Part shown: positions 24,651 through 37,097 of the stretch, piece by piece
Layout: every line of letters begins with the position of its first letter
Position numbering within the stretch: the first letter of the stretch is position 1
Assembly: GCA_964016885.1 (NCBI GenBank)
Contig: OZ024744.1
Span: 70,618,001 to 70,682,000, forward strand
Direction of reading: 5' to 3'
Length of the DNA: 64,000 nucleotides
Source: Eledone cirrhosa
Lineage: Eukaryota
Notes under the pieces: model-generated
Told to the model about the DNA's origin: nothing
Seen by the model: only the letters and a program-made list of their open reading frames with translations
Databases searched by the model: none
Program-made: the position numbers and the translations under genes

Positions 24651-25594
24651 TTATATATATATATAATATATATATTTAATATATATTATATATATATAAT
24701 ATATATTATATATATATAATATATATTATATATATATAATATATATAAGGTTAACGTATGTTGATGCCCTAAGGGCAGACACTGGTCTGTTAGAACACAG
24801 GACATGGCAGCGATAATGAGGGACAAAGACCGCTGGAGAGAACTCGTCCATGGATCTCGGGAATTTTACCTGCCTCAGATAGATTAGAGATAATATATAT
24901 TATATATATTTATATATATATATTATATATATATCATTTCATCATCATTCATCATTTTCCCTGCTTGCAACTGTGGGACGGGAACTGATTCTGGCTTGAT
25001 TTCTACAGCTGGATGCCCTTCCTAACACCAACCTCATTTACAGTGAGTGCTGGGTGCTTTTTTGCCGTGGCACCTCCACGACCACTTTGCAGTGGAATGA
25101 TATGGACGCCAGTCCCTATCATCTCATTTCTACATATATATTACTTCTACCTGGAGTTGTGACCGATAGATAGTATTATCAATTGGAAAGACCGACGGAA
25201 ACATCGTTTCCTCGGTCCGATTTGACGAAAGTCGATCGTTCCTATTATATATATATTATATATATATCATCATCATCATCATCATCATCATTTTACGTCT
25301 GCTTTTCCCTGCTTGCAAGGGTGGGACGGGAACTGATGCTGGCTGGATTTCTACAGCTGGATGCCCTTCCTAACACCAACCTCATTTACAGTGAGTGCTG
25401 GGTGCTTTTTTGCCGTGGCACCTCCACGACCACTTTGCAGTGGAATGATAGGGACCCCAGTCCCTATCATCTCATTTCTACAGCTGAGTAAACTGGAGCA
25501 ATGTGAAATAAAGTGTCTTGCTCAAGGAAACAACACATCACCTGGTCTGAGAATTGAACTCACAACCTTTCGATTGCAAGGCCAATGCTCTAAC

Positions 25595-25684
<90 letters not shown>

Positions 25685-25763
25685 ATATATATAATATATA
25701 TTATATATATATATAATATAATATATATATATTATATAATATATATAATATATATTATATTTA

Positions 25764-27011
25764 TATAGCTGAATCTATGGTAGAACTAGAGAATAAATTC
25801 CAAACCTGGAAGCAGGGACTAGAGAGAAAGGGCCTCAAAGTCAACATGACAAAGACTAAGGTCCTTGTAAGTAGACGAGAAAAGAGAACCCAGATCCCCT
25901 CAGGGAAATGGCCTTGCTCAGTATGTAGGAAAGGTGTAGGTAGAAACTCCATTCTCTGCCCCAAATGCAAACAATGGGTACACAAGAGATGTAGCAGGAT
26001 CTCAGGAAGCTTAATTAAGAATGTAGGATTCACATGCAGCAGCTGTGCTGAAACAGCAAGCAAACAGCCACAGGAAACAAGTACCACCAATCTCTGGGAG
26101 GGCCCTGTAGAAACAGTAGACAGCTTCTGCTACCTAGGTGACCGAATTAGCAACGGAGGTGGGTGCTCAGAAAGTACAATAACTAGGGTAAGAACGGGAT
26201 GGAAGAAGTTTAGGGAACTACTACCACTGCTAGCTGCAAAAGGCTTCTCCCTCAGAATGAAAGGCAGACTGTATGATGCGTGTATCCGAACAGCGATGTT
26301 GCATGGTAGTGAGACCTGGGCGCTGAAGGTGGAAGACTTACGTAGATTAGAGAGAAACGAAGCCTGCATGCTCCGATGGATGTGTAACAGTAATATACGT
26401 GAACGACAAAGCATAAAGGAATTGAGAGAGAGACTGAGCATAAGAGGAATCAAATGCTGCGTGCAGGAGAGGCGGTTACGCTGGTATGGACATGTGATGC
26501 GTATGAAGGATGACAGCTGCATAAAAAGGTGCAGAGCACTAGAAGTTGATGGAAACCGCGGAGTGGGGAGACCCAAGATGACTTGGGATGAGGTGATAAA
26601 AGCCAACCTTACCCAACTACACCTCTCAAAGACAATGACACACGACCGTGACTTCTGGCGTCACGCAGTAATACAGGGCACCCAACCTCCCATGGGTATA
26701 TGCTGAAGCATATAAACAGTATGACCCCACTCCCCCCACCGCAAGGTGGTCGTGGAGGTGCCACGGCAAAAAAAGCACCCTGCCCACACTGTAAAGTCGA
26801 CGTGTAGGCGCCACGAAAAAGCACCCAGCACTCACTGTAAATGAGGTTGGTGTTAGGAAGGGCATCCAGCTGTAGAAATCAAGCCAGATCAGTTCCTGTA
26901 TGAGCAAGGCATGGTCAGCTGACCAGACACTGCCCACAACGGAACAACCCGTCTAACCCATGCTAGCGTGGAAGAACGGACGTAAAACGGTGATGATGAT
27001 GATGATGATGA
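25764..27011 (+). mobile_element. 5'-truncated RTE-type LINE, family B
   Basis: ORF 25777-26706 is nearly identical to the C-terminal part of ORF 54530-56155; (ATG)n tail; (TA)n on both sides. Confidence 0.95.
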
Positions 27012-27048
27012 TATATATAATATATATTATATATATATAATATATATT

Positions 27049-27251
27049 ATAACAAAGGAAATGTGGTAAGGAACCAGATGGACCATAATGCACCAGAGTA
27101 GTCAATGCGTAGGGTAGTACAGTGGGAAATAGGAAAAAGTATAACCCCGACGGCAGAGCTCAAGCCGTTTCACGGCTATTTCTGTCTATTATATTCCAGA
27201 AATAGCCGTCGAAACGGCTTGCTCTGCCATCGGGGTCATACTTTTTCCTAA
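27049..27251. mobile_element. Short element ending in a ~120-bp palindrome (27129-27251); 27049-27118 recurs inverted at 24521-24590
   Basis: AGGAAAAAGTAT.ACCCCGA.GGCAGAGC..AAGCCGTTTC.ACGGCTATTTCTG mirrored around a 12-nt loop; inserted in (TA)n. Confidence 0.5.
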
Positions 27252-28177
27252 TATATATTATATATATATAATATATACAATATATATATATATATATAAT
27301 ATATATAATATGTAATATCATCATCATCATCATCATCAGCGTTTAACGTCCGTGTTCCACGCTTGCATGGGTTTGGACGGGGGTAGTCCCACTTGAGGCA
27401 AGAGTGATTGTCTTGCTCGCATAGGACTGTCTGGCAGGTTTTCTACAGTTGGATGCCCTTCCTAACACCAACCACATTTACAGTGTGGGTCTGGGAGGTT
27501 TTTACCGTGTTGCCTACACGGCCACATTACAGCGTGGACTGTGTGTTTTTTTGTCGTGACACCTACACGATCTCATTTGTTTCGGCCTCGATGGCGCGGC
27601 ACCAACATAACTTTACATAGAACGGGGTGGTGTGGATCGGGTGGGGGTGGTGGGACGGGGTGTATTTGTTAGAGATGCCTACTGGCTGGAGTAGGTTTTA
27701 CTATATATTTAGGTAAGGCGGGTCTTCTCTGTTACTGAGTACCGCCAAAGGTCTCGGTCCAGTGACATTGTCTTGGAGAGGTGTAAGTGTGTGATGTCGG
27801 AGTTTATCAGCTCGTCCCAGGTTTTTCTAGGTCTGCCTATTCCGTGACTACCGTCTATCTTTATTGCCCTGCACTTTGTTATACAGCTATCGACTTTCAT
27901 GCGCATCACGTGTCCATACCAACGTAGCCTTCTCTCGAGTAAACAACATCTGATCCCTCTTATCTCTAATTTATTCCTTAGTTCGTTTATGCTTTGCCGT
28001 TCACGTATATTACTGTTACACATCCAGCGGAGCATGCAAGCTTCGTTCCTCTCTAGTCTGCGTATATCCTCTGCACACAATGCCCAGGTCTCACTGCCAT
28101 GCAGCATTGCTGTTCGTATGCAGGCATCGTACAACCTGCCTTTCATTTTTAGTGAGAACCCTTTAGCAGCTAATAGT

Positions 28178-28377
28178 NNNNNNNNNNNNNNNNNNNNNNN
28201 NNNNNNNNNNNNNNNNNNNNNNNNNNNNNNNNNNNNNNNNNNNNNNNNNNNNNNNNNNNNNNNNNNNNNNNNNNNNNNNNNNNNNNNNNNNNNNNNNNNN
28301 NNNNNNNNNNNNNNNNNNNNNNNNNNNNNNNNNNNNNNNNNNNNNNNNNNNNNNNNNNNNNNNNNNNNNNNNNNNNN
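28178..28377. other. Assembly gap (200 N)
   Basis: Run of N; interrupts a family A LINE on the left and a Helitron-like element on the right. Confidence 0.99.
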
Positions 28378-28379
28378 AA

Positions 28380-28791
28380 TCAAGTATCGACATTTAAAAT
28401 AATTTTGAAATAAACAATGTGTATGATCAAATGTAGCGGTGATTGAAAAATAACCTTCATTTCCGTGGTATATCTTTCATCTGTCGTCGCTCGCATAAGT
28501 AACATACATACAGACACAAATACACATACTTTCACACCTGATTTCGCCAATTGTCGGATAACATCAAAACAAAACAGACAGACACACAAATATATCTATA
28601 CTTATAAAGCTGACAGTCGTATATATGTATGTATATTAACTCTTTCTTTTTAAACTCATTTCTACAGTAGCTCCTCCCCTTTGCTACGAAATCGGAAGGA
28701 CAATGTGACACGGGAGGGTGTGTGGTATCTTTGCAGTGGAGTTGTGGGGGCAGGTATACCCTGCCGGGCGCCAGCCGGACGGACCAGCTAG
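28380..28791 (+). mobile_element. 3' end of a non-autonomous Helitron-like element
   Basis: GC-rich hairpin-forming CCGGGCGCCAGCCGGACGG just upstream of CTAG (28788-28791) followed by T; ACAG/ACAC microsatellite inside. Confidence 0.55.
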
Positions 28792-28862
28792 TATATATAT
28801 ATATATATAATTCAATTAAATTTAAAAAGTGGGAATGGATATAATATAATATACAAACTTAC

Positions 28863-28979
28863 AATGGTCTCCAAAGGCTGTTGTAGTGAAAACTTCCTTT
28901 AATTGAACGACATTTGGGTGGTAAAGTTTTTTCCACTGATCTACTGTTGCCATACATTTAGTATTAGCGAGCCGAAAAC
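28863..28979 (-). CDS. PAN3: PAN3 exon 10 (GFRLANTKCMATVDQWKKLYHPNVVQLKEVFTTTAFGDH), pseudokinase N-lobe; last PAN3 exon found
   Basis: Strong match to PAN3 GFRLVNTKCM..VD.WKK..H.N.V.LREVFTTKAF; AG and GTAAGT boundaries, 117 nt. Confidence 0.96.
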
Positions 28980-30361
28980 CTGTAAATTGGAAAATATACC
29001 AAATATATAAATATGTATGTGTATGGTGAGTGCATATATATGTCATCATCATCATCATCATTGTTTTATGTCTGCTCTCATGCTTGCTTGATAGAGTAAA
29101 CATAAAACGTCTTGGAGCCACAACAAAAGCGCCCAGTCCACATCAAGAAATGGTCATTTTAGAGCCATGACAAAAAGCTCCCAGTCTACACTGTAAAGTG
29201 GTTGTGCTGGTGATACTACAAAAAGCACTCGGCTCCCGTGGTCATGTTAGTGTCATGAAACAAAAAGTTGTTTTAGTACCACAATAAAAAGCAGTCCACA
29301 CTCAAATATGGTTGGCATTAGGAAGGGCATCCAGCCATAGAAACCAAGCCAGAAACAGTTCTGTGTGAGCTCACCTAACCTATGCTAGTCTGGAAAAATG
29401 GATATTTTAAATCATATTTTAACATCTATCTCCAATGCTTGTATGGGTTAGACATATTTGCCACATTCTCAGAATATGTAGGTCAGACAACTGTGAAGCA
29501 CTCATAAATTCCATTTTTGAGTGCCCTTCCTAGCACAAATCCCATGGTGGTGATGGAGGTCAGCTATGACCCCAATATACCATGCTAGGTGAACCTGAAA
29601 TCCTTTATTGATGTTTACTTCCCCCAACTTACCATCACCCATATCTGATGATATTCACCACACATCTATATTCAAAACTATTACTATTTCTGTGAAGGCA
29701 CATGGTTTATTGGTTAGAAAGTTGAATTCACAATTGTGAAGTTATGAGTTTGATCCCCTGATCAGGCAATGCCATTGAGTAAGAAAGACACTTTATTTCA
29801 GTGCTCCTTCTGCTAGGAGTTGCATCAGGTAGATAGTATTTGCTATTAGAAGAACTAATGGAAATGTTTCCTTGGTCTGATCTGATAAATTCCACTCTAA
29901 TTGGTAAGCAAATGAGGTCTGGTATCTTGCCGATTCAGATCAAATGAAGGCTGGAATCTTGTCAATTTGGTTATAAAACTTTATCTGCCTGCCGTATGTA
30001 ACTCTCAGCTGACATATACCCTCTCTTCTCTGACCCCCCCCCCCCATATCAGTATCACGTCATGTTACTCATATGACATCCTTATTCAACCAAACACTCA
30101 ATCTACCTTCTAATAACCCACCACTGTTTACCCCTTTGCACCCATGCCATATTCTCTCTTCTTTCCCTTCTTTGTCATCACTCCCTTCCTCTCAATAATG
30201 TTTACTTTGAAAGAAAAGTGGTTAAAACCCTTATAGTTTTGGTTTTAAAAAAAATCTTGCCAAAAGAAAATAAATACCCAGAATGAGAAATAAAATAAAC
30301 ATCTGCTGTCATCATTAACAGTATGGTGGGTGGAATTTCAAAAGATATCTCGTATATTTAC

Positions 30362-30520
30362 CATGGATCCGTTTAAGGCAATATGTGATACAATCTTTTG
30401 TATTAACGGCTTTGTAACACGTCGTGGGGTAGTTAAAGATCGTGGATTTCTGGAGCGGGCTTGAAGGTGGCGCTTCAAGTGGATACAGTTGGTTATAACT
30501 GTCGACTTCTGTCGGAATAT
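30362..30520 (-). CDS. PAN3: PAN3 exon 9 (DIPTEVDSYNQLYPLEAPPSSPLQKSTIFNYPTTCYKAVNTKDCITYCLKRIH), start of pseudokinase domain
   Basis: Strong match to PAN3 PTEVDSY..L.PLE...CYKAVN.KD...YCL.RIH; canonical splice sites, 159 nt, phase 1 to 1. Confidence 0.96.
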
Positions 30521-31293
30521 CTAGAAAGGAAGAGAAAGAAAGAAAAGCATGAAATTAAAATTGGATGATGGGCTAATTTAGAGAGAGATTTCCATTAATT
30601 AAAAATTCATGTCATTGGTCTATTTGAGTTATTTCCCTTATACAGACAGGAAATAAGGAAGATCAAAATTGGACATATTTTTTCACTGTTTATTAAGGAA
30701 AGGAAATGCAGCATATATGACCCTTTTACTTTTTCGAAGCCTCTCAGACTAATGAAAGGAAGTTATTCTCAAACCAAAACAGTGCAAACACTAAGCATCA
30801 AGTAGTGTTGACTGGGTGACTGAATAAGTCTACCACCAAAGATCTCAGAATGCAAAGAGCCATTTAGTCTTATTAAGGACATGGTGTTGTAATAAAAAAC
30901 ATCCAGTATATTGGTTGGTGTTAGGAAAGGCATTCAGCCATAGAAACCATGCCAAAAATAGAATGTAGGAGCAAAATGTGATCCTTCAGAATGATAGTAA
31001 TTCTAAATAACTTTGGTCAAAATAACCCATACATGACATACTATCATTGAAAATTGATCTAAAACAATGATCCAACTTCCAAATTTCACTAACATAGGTC
31101 ATATTAGTCAGGTTATTGTAGGCTATAGTAGGAAACATATGCCCAAAATGCTGCAGCAGAGTGAGACCAAACATAAAACAACAGGTTTGCGAAGCACACC
31201 TCTTTATCACAGTCATGCCTGTGCCTATTATATGGATAATAGAGCTAGAACTGATATAGAGAAACTTTAAAGAATATTAAATAAGATATTTAC

Positions 31294-31351
31294 CAGGATG
31301 TTGAGCTGGGTCTATTTGAAGTAAAGAACACGCATGTCGATTTAATAGTTC
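31294..31351 (-). CDS. PAN3: PAN3 exon 8 (ELLNRHACSLLQIDPAQHP)
   Basis: Resembles PAN3 ELINRHLITMAQID; poly-pyrimidine CAG acceptor, GTAAAT donor, 58 nt, phase 0 to 1. Confidence 0.92.
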
Positions 31352-32030
31352 CTGAAAAAGGAAAAAGAAAAAAAATTCATTTTAAAATAAAATTCTACCA
31401 ACATTTGAAAACAGTTTTCCACCTAAGTATGTAACGAGGTAAGTTCACCCACCCTGTTCTTCAAGTCTCTAATAATTGCTAATGAGTCTTTACTTTCTTT
31501 TTCCAACTATTAGAGAGGTTCCAGTGCTCCTTGTGATATCTGTTCTGGCAGTGGTTCGTTTGTCCACCCTTTTCACTTGCCTTTAGATGTGGTCCAAGAC
31601 GTGTGTATTACCTGATTGTGTTTTTTTATTTTCCTTTTCTTATTTGTAATACTTATATAATTGTGAATAAAGACATTTGAAGTAAGATTAAAAAAATTTA
31701 AAAACTTAAAACTAGTTTTCTGCTAGGTATGCAAACTAACTTTTAAGAACTGTTTTTAATGCATGGCATTCACTTTATCACTGCCATGTTGAAATGCAAG
31801 CCATTGGCAAATTTAAGTTATTTCTCCATAATTCATTTAAAATTCAAATAATGCAGCACATGAACTGGCTTAAAAAAAGTCTTTGTAGATTGTTTTCTAT
31901 ATTGAAAAATCTCAAGCTTTAGCTATGATTGTGACATGGATGGTTTTCTGAATTATAGATATAGTCCATCCTGTATTGCAGTGTAAGTAACCGAGTATCA
32001 CCTAAACATTTGAACATCTACTGCAATGTA

Positions 32031-32061
<31 letters not shown>

Positions 32062-33135
32062 GAGTTGGCAGACAGAAACACATGGAGCAGGACGCTAAAG
32101 AGCGCTGTCAAACAGGACCCACCATGATTGTGCCCTACATAATCAAAAACTAGATGATATATATATACACATATATACAACTGTTAGGTGGTCATGTAGG
32201 TGCCACGACAAAAAGCACCCAGCACACACTGTAAATGTGGTTGCCATTAGGAAGGGCATCCAGCTGTAGAAATCTAGCCCAAAACAGTTCTATATGAGCA
32301 AGAAACGGTCACCTGGCCTAACTTGCTTCAAATGGGACAACCCATCTAACACATGCTAGCATGGAAAGTAGACAACCAAGACTTAATTATACATTTAATT
32401 GACCAACACTTGTTTCACCAGATTACCTAAGAACATGCAATATGATCTTGTAAATCAGCTCATCAGGATCTATAAAATAAAGTGACATTTTAGCCCGGCT
32501 AAGGATTTGCAATGTTCATCGATTGTTCAAACGGGCTGAGAATTACGAGACAATGTTACTTGGCCTTCTTTGGTGTAGGTGAGGAGGAGTATTTCCATTG
32601 CATGGATTGTCTCTCTGTCTATGGCTCAAAGTGATGAACCCAACACTCATCCTGGGTTAAGAAACCAAGTGGAGAGATTCTGTACTGGAGAAGATTCATC
32701 TAATTTGCCTGACAAGGTTTGGCATTTGAATTACTGGTTCAGTACATTTGATCAAACCATTCCTTTAATTGTTATCATCATCATATTCAATCACACCTTT
32801 TCCATGCTGCCGTGAACTATTTAAGCATCCACCCTGAAACACGAAATACTTGGGTTGGCTCGAATCTAAATAAGAGATACCAGAGGACCTTGTAATTGCT
32901 GTGTTATCCACCACCACCATTCATTCACTCCATAAAAAACAAAACAAAACCAAAACTGAAGAAACAAATTGAAAGTCTCTGCAAAGATCCCCTCAAATTA
33001 CCCCCCCCCCCCCACAAAATTCTAAATCTCCTTCAAAATCCTATATAATAAAAACGAAACTAAATAAAATCCCCATCCTAAAATTCTCCTCCAAGTTGCA
33101 CTACCCTCATCCCCACAACAAAAGCCCAAACTTAC

Positions 33136-33258
33136 CATTTTTATTTCATCAGGCAGGAAAAACTGCGGCATGTTTGCTTTAATTTTCATGTGTGCTATGT
33201 GTGACGGCATTCCGGGATAGAAAGAGTAATTCGGGAGTACGATTTGCTGTTGTTGCTG
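33136..33258 (-). CDS. PAN3: PAN3 exon 7 (QQQQQIVLPNYSFYPGMPSHIAHMKIKANMPQFFLPDEIKM)
   Basis: Resembles the vertebrate PAN3 YHIYP..PHVAYMQPKANAPSFFMADELRQ region; donor ATG|GTAAGT; tandem CAG acceptors. Confidence 0.92.
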
Positions 33259-35598
33259 CTGTGGAAATACAAAAAATTGAAAAAAATATGTAAGATTACA
33301 GTTTATTCTTTGCCCTTCCTTGGGGCCTTAATTCCAAAGAGAATATTAGGGGCACTGGTGTGACATACAGCATGTCTTGAGCATTTTAAAACCTAACAGA
33401 GACCATTCCCCACCCCCACCAAGGTCAAGGTTTAGTATTTTAGAGTTGGGGTTATGGTTAAAGTCAAGATTAACCATCTGAAACTGGTGGCCTGGTTTTT
33501 TTGTATTGAATGTGCACATCATACAAAGACTGATGAGCCAGAATTTTGTCATTCACACTGTCTTGTTTATAAACATCTAATTCTAAGCAGCAAGACAGTC
33601 AGTCAGATTAGTTCTGTTATGGTATCACAGCAGACAGTAGCTGAAAGCCATGTGATAGAAGAGTTTGATATTTGACTTTTTTTTTTACTTGAATTTATGC
33701 CAAAATCATGGACAGGAGCTAAATCTATTGGACTAAGGATATTTTGAAGAGGAGTTAGGTGAGCAAACCTATGGTTTTTTTCTGATGACTTCAGTCTGAA
33801 GATGATGTTGACATTATCAGTGATTCTAAGCCAATCGTGGAGAAAGGCTCAAGTGATCAGGCCAGGAATTTTGATAGTGAAAATGAACCCGGAAGTGGTG
33901 ACAGCTTTGTTTACAATCCTCGTAGCAATTCTTGCAATGTTGATTCTGATGCCCCTCCAGTGGCTAAAAGACAGAGAAATGATCAGCCAGCTGTTACTAT
34001 GACACTTGTCTTCAATATCACCAAGTTTCAAGAAATTTTAGCCAGTAATAATAATGCTATGAACATTTATTTCAAGAATATCAAATTCAGTGTATTCTCC
34101 CCAAAATGGCAAGGGAATGTGGTATTCTTTATATAAAAATGATCAGGGTTCAAAGTGTTATGGTTTGGGTTTCTTCCAGAGAGAGAGAGAACATAAATCA
34201 ACCCCAGTACTTGAATGGTACTTTATTATTGACTGCTGAGAGGATTAGAAGTAAAGTTGAGCTTAATGAGATTTGAAATCAGACAGCAGGGAGATGGAAC
34301 ATATAATGAAAGTGTTCTTTCCGCAATCTAATCATAAACTAAACCATTGCCCCAGAACTTGTACTTTATTTATCATCCTCTGAAAAGGTGAAAGATAAAG
34401 TTGACTGTATCAAGATTTAAACACAGAGCACAGAAAACTGGTACAAATACTGCAAAGCAATTTATGCAACACTTTAACAATATACCAATTTACCACTGTA
34501 ACCCTTTAGCATTTACATTACTCTATATTTACTATCATATTTTCATGGTAAAAAGCTTTACTTCACATAATATCGAATCTATGAAATTTTGATATTATTT
34601 ATTTTGAGAATAATACTTCAACATCATTATCAGTGGCCAGTTACAGCCAGTTTGAACAGAAAGAGGTGAGAGAATTCTGGCAGGACACAGCCGGTTTAAA
34701 TGCAAAAGGGTTAAGATAAGACTATCGTAACTTAGGGAGACAAAATCAGTAACATTGATGTCAGGCAAATTCCCACAGTAGTTAGAGAATCGGAAAAAAT
34801 GCTTTGCAGCATTTATTCCAGCTCTCTGTGCTCCAATTTCAAATTCAGCTGAGATCATCTTTGTCTTTCACCCTTTACAACTTGGATCATACAAACATTT
34901 ACCTCTATATATATATATATATATATATGAACTGAAAAGATGAGCCCCTATGCAAAATTTTAGACCACAATTTGTAAAATTATGGCCCACAAATTGGAAC
35001 ATATACTGACATTCATACATATATTCAGTTTTATATATTAATATCAGATGATCATTGACAGAATTTTAGTTAATGTGCAAAACTGTAGCATACAGGTTGG
35101 AATAACTCCTGAGAGAGTTCTAGGAGCACCATATTGACATACAGCATTTCTTGGGCATTTTAAGCCTGGCGGAGCCCATCCCTCTCCAGGCCTGAGTACA
35201 GCAGATTTCTTCCAGAGAAAGATAGAAAGTGAGAGAGAGGAAATGAGAATGAAAGAATCGACCCCAATACTAGACTGGTACTTTTTTTATTTACCTTGAA
35301 AGGATAAAAGACAAAGTTGACCTTGGTGGGATTTGAACTTAGAGAACAGAGAGCCAGAACAAATACCATAAAGTATTCTATCTGACGTTCTAACGACTGC
35401 CAATTCGCTGCCTACATATATACACTTATATTCATTCAGATCCGAAAAAAACCATACAGCTTATGGCTTTTTCATTGAAAATATGTGGCTCAATGCAAAT
35501 TTCAGCACCCTATGTGCTAAACTGTGGCCGAAACATTGAACACATACACACAATGTGCTCCTATATAGAAATACTGTGATATTAAAATGTTTACTTAC

Positions 35599-35664
35599 AA
35601 CTCCAGGATACTGTGGTGCAAAATCTTCGGGAGAATAGAAGTATGTTGTGCCACCAACATTTTC
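35599..35664 (-). CDS. PAN3: PAN3 exon 6 (ENVGGTTYFYSPEDFAPQYPGV)
   Basis: Contains the conserved metazoan PAN3 E(N/T)VGGTTYFY motif; AG and GTAAGT boundaries, 66 nt, phase 0 to 0. Confidence 0.93.
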
Positions 35665-36493
35665 CTAAAAATAAATGAATAGTTGACTCGTAAAAGGACT
35701 TCTTGTGGCCGAAAATATAAAAGAAATATATAAAATAATAAAACAGAGCAGAGAGGATTCTTTAGTTTTGCCAAGGACATGACAACTTTTTTCATGTTAA
35801 TACCATGATTAAATACATGCAATACATTCAATAATGTGGTTACTAAACAAATGAAGACAGCAGAGGGTTAGAAAAGCCTTTAGTCTTTCCAGTGACATGA
35901 CAACCACACTAGTGCTGACACCAGCACACACGGTTGTGGTTAAAAAGGGTTGCCGACTGTAAAAACCATGCCCAAAATAGAACTTATGTAAAAGATGTGC
36001 ATCCATGCCTCATCTTTAACCCCATGTTGGCATGGGCTGGACAGGCCATCATGGTCTAAGTCTGTATATATGCAGCAAAAAGCATTTTAAGACCATTTTC
36101 TCTTGCAACAGCAGTGGTTAGTCTTGCAAGCCCCCATGAAATCCCTTATGTTCACCTCAAGGTCCTTTTTGAAGCAATGTTCACGAGTGGATATCCTTCC
36201 TGGCACCAGCCCCTTTTAGTTAACAATCCAAGTGGAAGTAAACTATGGAAAAGGAAGATATCGGAAGAAATGGCAAAGGTTGCTATTAGTCATTTCCTTA
36301 CAAAGGAAATGACTAAAGACTACAGAAAGTGGTGAGATACTGTGCTGGAAGAAACCTGCCCATCCCATAAATGATGAAGAAAAAAAAAAGGGGGTAGGAG
36401 CATAACAATTTGGTGTTGGATATAATTGTTTCTATCTTCAAAACATAGCTAGTAAAAATATAAATTATAGAGAAAAATAAATAGGTCAAATGA

Positions 36494-37097
36494 TGGAATG
36501 GACAAATTCTAAAATTAGAAAGAGCTATTGATAGCACTATCAGTTATTTGATCAAGAGCAAATGGAAACTATGTGAAGAATTTGTAAAGTTGCCTAAAAA
36601 AGGTAGTTACAATTTATAAATATGATGAGGGTAGTAGAATCATCAACTCTAGCATTAGTGGTAAATCCATTAAGTCAAGTCATTAAATCATCAATTTGTA
36701 GACTTAGAGAAACGGTAGTTGAACTGATCATATATGGATTTATGGTTTTAAATGTTTATATTACTATTTTATCATTATCACATATGTGTGTACCTTGCTC
36801 TTTCCTGCTAGCCTCTTTAACCTCCCATCCTTTCTCCTTTATTAATCTACAATTTATAATACAAATTAACACTAATAGACATATTGCAACTTTAAAACCA
36901 TATATGATCAGTAATGGATTTACCACTAATGTTTGAGTTGATAATCCCACTACTACTATCCTCATCATATTTATCAATTTTAACTTTAGCTTTTTAAGCC
37001 AAGTTCACAAATTCTTCACATAGTTTCCATTTGTTTTTAGTCAATCAGCTGATAGTGCTTTCAATAGCTCTTTCTAATTTTAGATTTATCCATTCCA
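36494..37097. mobile_element. Foldback/MITE element with long (~200 bp) imperfect inverted arms
   Basis: TGGAATGGA.AAAT.CTAAAATTAGAAAGAGCTATTGA...ATTAGTGGTAAATCCATT...CTGATCATATATGG mirrored at 36895-37097. Confidence 0.8.

Larger units (their letters stand above)
16315..27320. repeat. (TA)n microsatellite-rich zone hosting stacked retroelement insertions
   Basis: Long imperfect (TA)n tracts, e.g. 19752-20097, 22093-22792, 24298-24747 and 25598-25763, separating LINE, SINE and Penelope-like ends. Confidence 0.95.
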
